32,000 bases of DNA, taken from positions 210,001 through 242,000 of the forward strand of contig NC_017856.1 in the NCBI RefSeq assembly GCF_000260965.1, written 5' to 3'. Below, one piece after another: positions 27,675 through 32,000 of this stretch; positions within the stretch are counted from its first letter, which is position 1, and the number at the start of each line of letters is the position of its first letter. The DNA comes from Methylophaga frappieri (lineage in GTDB: Bacteria > Pseudomonadota > Gammaproteobacteria > Nitrosococcales > Methylophagaceae). A program made the position numbers and the translations under genes. The notes under the pieces are model-generated. The model did no database searches, was not told where the DNA came from, and was given only the letters and a program-made list of their open reading frames with translations.

Positions 27675-29630
27675 TTAGTTTTCTGTCAGCCAGTAAAAAC
27701 TAAAACCCGGCATAATCAGTGTCTGATCAAATTGTTCTGGACGTCGTCCAGTGACCGCATCAATCAGCTCTCGTGAAGTGGACTGCCCCCAACCGCCTAG
27801 TTCAGATAAATCAAGCTTTTGTGGTCTACTATCAAAATTACTGACTAACAGTACACGCTCACTGGGTTTACGGGTATGGTAACGTTCAAAAACAAATAAA
27901 TGCGGATTCGTCACATCCCACAATTCACGGTTATTGAAATCCGCAAATGCTTCCAATTCCTTGCGAACGGCAATCATGGTTTTCAGTTGATTGAAAATAC
28001 GGTATTCCACCGTTCCGGGAGTTTGTCTTTTATCGGCTTTTTGCCAATCAATAAACGGTCTGTGCACCCAGCGCGAATCATCCATTTTGACGGGATCGGA
28101 TTTATAGCTTTCATCATTTACCGTGCCAATTTCATCGCCATAATACAGTAGTGGAATACCACCAAACGTTAAAATCAGGTTATGTAACAAAAGTACCAGT
28201 GCAATTGCGTCATCAATCGCTTGAGGGTCACCCGATTCAATCGCATATTGCAAGCCAACTAAGGCAGCCAATGAACCTGAAATCCTGGTATCACCCGTTT
28301 TATCGTTTTGACCAAAAGGCACCCCTCGCGCATGGGAGCCCTCAAACTGACCCGTAAAATAATCAATCAAAAAACGTCGATGTTCGGCTGGCTCATAGCC
28401 AGTTGAAGCAATATCCCGGTCATCAAAGCCTAAGCCAATATCATCATGACAACGAATGTAATTCAGCCAAGTGGCGCCATCCAGTTTAACTGGCAGACTT
28501 TTGATACCTTGATTCAGTAATTGCGCATTTTTAGTCGCAACCGCATCCCACATTAATGCCATAAAGGTAGCGTTGTAGGCGATTTCACACTCTTTGGCAA
28601 TGACAGCATCTTCACCAAAATATTTGATGACCTCAACGGGAGCAACAATGGCCTCGGCAATAAACAACACGCCCGGTGCCGTAACTTGGCAACAATCCTT
28701 AAGCAATTGCAAAATTAAATGCGCTTCACGCTCATTCTGACAAACACTGCCAATTTTTTTCCATAAAAATGCCACCGCATCTAAACGGACAATATCGGCA
28801 CCCTGATTTGCCCAGAACAAGATGACATCTAACATTTCGATGAACACTGCCGGGTTGCTGTAATTCAGATCCCACTGGTAATTATTAAAAACCGTCATAA
28901 CCCAGCGTTGCATCTTGTCATCCCAAGTAAAATTACCTGGTGCCGTTTCCGGAAAAACCTCCGGCATGCTTTGTTCAAACATATCCGGCACATGCCGGTT
29001 TTCAAAAGTGTAATAATAATCACGATAAGGCGGATAGCCATCCCGGGCTTTCTGTGCCCACTCATGCTGATCCGAGGTGTGATTCAACACCACATCCAAC
29101 ACCAGCAGCATGTCACGTTGGTGCATGTCTGCGGCAAGATCACGCAAATCTTGCAAACTACCGATGCGCGGATCGATTTCTCGAAAGTTGCTGACTGCAT
29201 AGCCGCCATCACTTTTCCCCTCGGGGCAACGCATTACCGGCATAATGTGTAATAAATTGACCCCAAGTTCATGAAAGTAATTAAGATGATCTCGCATGCC
29301 ATTGATATTTTTAGCAAAACCATTTGCATACATGGCCATTCCGACCCATTTCTGATGCAAAAACCAGTTGTAGTCTTGCTCTCGGTCAATGTCACGCTGC
29401 CGCATCGTCTCGGGTCGATTTATGTATTGACGCGCCATTGTCTCAACCAGACGTTGCGCCTGTTCCGCAAAGTCGGGCCGTTTGCCATAGAGCTTTTCAA
29501 ATAAGCTATGAATCGCATAAAAATTAGCACCAAGGCGAGTATAAAAATAGCGTAAATCTACCCGGGAAAATTCTGGCTCTATCTGATTCAGAATCGCGTT
29601 CAGCAGCGAATGTGATCGTTGTTCGTACAT
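27675..29630 (-). CDS. ams: Amylosucrase (GH13 sucrose glucosyltransferase)
   Basis: 651 aa with GH13 catalytic regions (DVVLNHTS, ADIVRLDAVAFLWK, FIAEAIV, YIRCHDDIG) and an N-terminal helical domain as in Neisseria polysaccharea amylosucrase. It is the last gene of the sucrose operon. Confidence 0.88.
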   Translation of the reverse strand: MYEQRSHSLLNAILNQIEPEFSRVDLRYFYTRLGANFYAIHSLFEKLYGKRPDFAEQAQRLVETMARQYINRPETMRQRDIDREQDYNWFLHQKWVGMAMYANGFAKNINGMRDHLNYFHELGVNLLHIMPVMRCPEGKSDGGYAVSNFREIDPRIGSLQDLRDLAADMHQRDMLLVLDVVLNHTSDQHEWAQKARDGYPPYRDYYYTFENRHVPDMFEQSMPEVFPETAPGNFTWDDKMQRWVMTVFNNYQWDLNYSNPAVFIEMLDVILFWANQGADIVRLDAVAFLWKKIGSVCQNEREAHLILQLLKDCCQVTAPGVLFIAEAIVAPVEVIKYFGEDAVIAKECEIAYNATFMALMWDAVATKNAQLLNQGIKSLPVKLDGATWLNYIRCHDDIGLGFDDRDIASTGYEPAEHRRFLIDYFTGQFEGSHARGVPFGQNDKTGDTRISGSLAALVGLQYAIESGDPQAIDDAIALVLLLHNLILTFGGIPLLYYGDEIGTVNDESYKSDPVKMDDSRWVHRPFIDWQKADKRQTPGTVEYRIFNQLKTMIAVRKELEAFADFNNRELWDVTNPHLFVFERYHTRKPSERVLLVSNFDSRPQKLDLSELGGWGQSTSRELIDAVTGRRPEQFDQTLIMPGFSFYWLTEN

Positions 29631-29632
29631 AG

Positions 29633-30523
29633 TTAATCAATAAATTTCTGATAAAAATTGCGATCTTCGGTGACGGCACCACGCAAGCCCACCACCGCCG
29701 CTGCAAAATCACGTGCTTTAGGCACAATCCGATTCACCGGCCAGCCTTGCATTAAGCCATGAAGATACATCGCGGAAAAGGCATCACCAGCCCCCACACT
29801 GTCAGCTACTTGCTCCACTTTGCCTGCCGAAAATTCGATCAGTTCCCCATCATTGCAACGCACCATCACGCCCTGTTCGCCTCGTGTCACAATAAGGTGC
29901 TCCGCCTGAAAATGACTTTGCATACGCTGCATGTCCTGAGCAATATCCGCCGAGTTAAAACCAAGCGCCTGTAATTCAGCAATATTCAACTTTATCCAGC
30001 GCGCTTTCTCCAGCAGTCGAAACAAATCCTGTTTGTTCCACCAAGGCTCCCGCAGATTGATGTCAACAAAAATCGAAACTGCTGCCGATTGGGTAAGATG
30101 TGCCAGAGATTGCTGGTTTGCAGCATGCCGTAAAGCCAAGCTGCCATGATAAACAATGGCATCATTTTGTAGCACAGGCAGTTTGGCTGAACTAATTGCA
30201 TCGTAGGCGACATGATCCTTAATCTCGTAAAATGGCTCGCTGCCTCGCAGCGTGACCTGAACAGAGCCTGTCGGCAAATCAGCGGATGTTTGCATGCCTT
30301 CAAGCCGCATCTGCCAGTTTTTCATTGCTTCTTTTATCGCATCACCACGGTCATCCTGACCGACACAGGAAATAAACACCGGATCTTCTGCCAAAGCCTG
30401 TAAATGCCAGGCTACGTTGAACGGCGCCCCACCCAGTTTTTCTTGATCCTGAAAACAATCAAACAAAGCCTCTCCGTAGATCGCTAGTTTTGCTTGAGTC
30501 GGGGAAGTATCGGAATCAATCAT
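29633..30523 (-). CDS. PfkB-family fructokinase
   Basis: The motifs GGAPFNVA and DSVGAGDAF are those of ribokinase/PfkB sugar kinases. I chose the start at MIDSD (30523), which overlaps the spp stop (ATGATTGA). The stop lies 2 nt before the amylosucrase start. Confidence 0.85.
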   Translation of the reverse strand: MIDSDTSPTQAKLAIYGEALFDCFQDQEKLGGAPFNVAWHLQALAEDPVFISCVGQDDRGDAIKEAMKNWQMRLEGMQTSADLPTGSVQVTLRGSEPFYEIKDHVAYDAISSAKLPVLQNDAIVYHGSLALRHAANQQSLAHLTQSAAVSIFVDINLREPWWNKQDLFRLLEKARWIKLNIAELQALGFNSADIAQDMQRMQSHFQAEHLIVTRGEQGVMVRCNDGELIEFSAGKVEQVADSVGAGDAFSAMYLHGLMQGWPVNRIVPKARDFAAAVVGLRGAVTEDRNFYQKFID

Positions 30524-31373
30524 AAAAGGTCTCCGTTTGTAACGATTGCCGGAATGCGGGTGAAAAGTGCCAAACACCTTGTAAAACACCGGCACTGTAA
30601 TTGCCATTCATACCCAGTGGCCCGTTATCACGTGCGATATATAATTTATCAAGGCACCCCTGCTCATTCGCCAATTGATACGCCAGCGATTTGATTTCTG
30701 CGCTGGCATTGTTAACCAGTACGGACTGAACTGGACTAGCCAAGACCGGCATATCGTTGCCACTATCTCCAGCGAAAACCGTCTCGTGATCCTGATAGCC
30801 CAATTGTTGTTGCAAAAACTGAATGGAATGCAGCTTGGTCGCGTGCTTGGGTAGCACATCAATTAAGCCAATATTGGTCAGCTCATCGACGCTCCACATC
30901 ACGGTTGCGGCAATATTTTTTTCTTCCATACGTTGCTGCATGGCTTGAATAACCGGCGTCTTATCCTGATAAAGTGGCAAATAGTAGCTGAGTTTGTGCG
31001 TATTCTGCTTGCTCATTTCCTGTAGCTTTAAGCCGCGAATATCACGCAGTAACAGCTTCAGATCCTGATGTGAATATCCCTGCCAGTCTTGTGCGATTTC
31101 ATCCCGCCAGCTTTGTAATTCCTGCCATCCTTGCCCGAACTGATAGATTTTGGTGCCAACATCCGTGATGACATAGTCTGGTTGGGGCAATTGATAACTG
31201 CGAATGGCTTTGTCTACTAACTGCCGGTGGCGACCGGTAACATAGACCAGCGCGACATTGTCCTGATGACAAAACGCTCGAAAACGACGCCTTGCTTTTG
31301 GGTGCTCTGGCTGCATGCCATTCGGAATCACCGTTCTGTCCATGTCGGTGCACAGTAATAAACGATCGGTCAT
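30516..31373 (-). CDS. spp: Sucrose-phosphate phosphatase (HAD-IIB)
   Basis: 285 aa with the HAD motif I LCTDMDRTV, then YVTGR and GDSGND. It sits between sps and the fructokinase gene. Confidence 0.85.
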   Translation of the reverse strand: MTDRLLLCTDMDRTVIPNGMQPEHPKARRRFRAFCHQDNVALVYVTGRHRQLVDKAIRSYQLPQPDYVITDVGTKIYQFGQGWQELQSWRDEIAQDWQGYSHQDLKLLLRDIRGLKLQEMSKQNTHKLSYYLPLYQDKTPVIQAMQQRMEEKNIAATVMWSVDELTNIGLIDVLPKHATKLHSIQFLQQQLGYQDHETVFAGDSGNDMPVLASPVQSVLVNNASAEIKSLAYQLANEQGCLDKLYIARDNGPLGMNGNYSAGVLQGVWHFSPAFRQSLQTETFYD

Positions 31374-31379
31374 GGAAGG

Positions 31380-32000
31380 TTATCCAGCTTTTAATTCAAA
31401 AAAACGATAATGCGTCAGCGCCTCCAGAATGCCGGCAGCATAGGGCTTTTCAGCAAAGTAAATATGTGAAGTATCTTCCAGCTGAGACAATTCTTCATGG
31501 TGTCGATTTGCCACTACGGCAGAGAGCATGTTGCCCCGCATCATATCTTCATCCGCCCCACTGCCGCCTGCAACAAAAATTTGCTCCAAAGGTAACTGCC
31601 AGCGTTCTGCAACATAACGCAAGGCCATTCCTTTGGAAGCACGCAATGGCATAATATCCAGAAACTGTCCAAATGCCAGCTGCACATGTACCGATTGCTC
31701 TTCACGATGCAATAAGCTTTTTACTGTCTCCAGAGAAGTTTGCTGGGGATCAATGTAGTAACTGATTTTGAACTCACTTTGTTCTTCTTTGGGCTGACGA
31801 CTGACGCCTGGCAAATCATCAAGTAATTCAGCCACTTTTCGTGGTTGCCAATGATGATCTATATGGCGTTGCCAAGCCGTATCTGGTGTCAGTTTCGGGG
31901 CATAGCAAATTTCCGTTCCAGAGCTGGTAATCAGAATATCCGGCTCCGGAATACCATGCTTTTTCATCAATTTTAAAGCACGATCCAGCCTTCGCCCCGT
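31380..32000 (-). CDS. sps: Sucrose-phosphate synthase, C-terminal SPP-like HAD domain only (the gene continues beyond the window edge)
   Basis: The reading frame stays open upstream of the track Met to position 32000 (..TGRRLDRALKLMKKHGIPEPDILITSSGTEI..), and GGSGADEDM is present. This matches the SPP-like C-terminal domain of bacterial SPS. Confidence 0.8.
   Translation of the reverse strand, partial: TGRRLDRALKLMKKHGIPEPDILITSSGTEICYAPKLTPDTAWQRHIDHHWQPRKVAELLDDLPGVSRQPKEEQSEFKISYYIDPQQTSLETVKSLLHREEQSVHVQLAFGQFLDIMPLRASKGMALRYVAERWQLPLEQIFVAGGSGADEDMMRGNMLSAVVANRHHEELSQLEDTSHIYFAEKPYAAGILEALTHYRFFELKAG

Noticed and set aside
1-32000. CRISPR arrays, tandem repeat arrays, rRNA genes, intact IS elements or transposons, and toxin-antitoxin or other defence modules
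   Set aside because: Reading through the intergenic regions, I saw no regularly spaced direct repeats, no rRNA-like sequence and no intact transposase or integrase. The only mobile-element trace is the short IS3 orfA relic at 23949-24125.

Overview
This window looks like a gammaproteobacterial chromosome of moderate GC. The gene content (a sucrose osmolyte cluster, a Na+-pumping oxaloacetate decarboxylase, a CaCA antiporter) suggests a halotolerant or marine organism. The species cannot be assigned without a database search.

Most of the window is core housekeeping:
- the 3' part of a trp operon (trpE'-trpG-trpD-trpC), followed by crp/vfr, an OsmC-family gene, ycgL and mutS
- the E. coli-like syntenic block pncC-recA-recX-alaS-(lysC)-csrA-tRNA-Ser(GCU)-tRNA-Arg(ACG)

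Downstream of the tRNAs the content is more mixed:
- a divergent LexA-type S24 repressor, an exported glutathione peroxidase and an RNase J-type beta-CASP hydrolase
- oadGAB, ybcJ and ogt-alkB
- a small, probably accessory patch: a secreted orphan, 0.6 kb of ORF-free decayed-looking DNA, pirin, an IS3-family orfA relic, azoR divergent from a LysR regulator, and a PNPOx-like protein
- a yrbG-type antiporter and a tightly packed sucrose operon (sps'-spp-fructokinase-amylosucrase) running off the right edge

I saw no CRISPR array, no intact mobile element, no recognisable defence system and no clearly novel multi-gene system.

The best leads are regulatory or accessory oddities:
- a perfect 7-1-7 palindrome in the recA promoter where a canonical SOS box is absent
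- a LexA homologue with a diverged DNA-reading head beside tRNA-Arg
- the ORF-free 0.6 kb segment and the IS relic
- an arginine-rich small ORF in a 447-bp intergenic gap

All product calls rest on my reading of the translated ORFs (motifs and resemblance to well-known families). No search was run.
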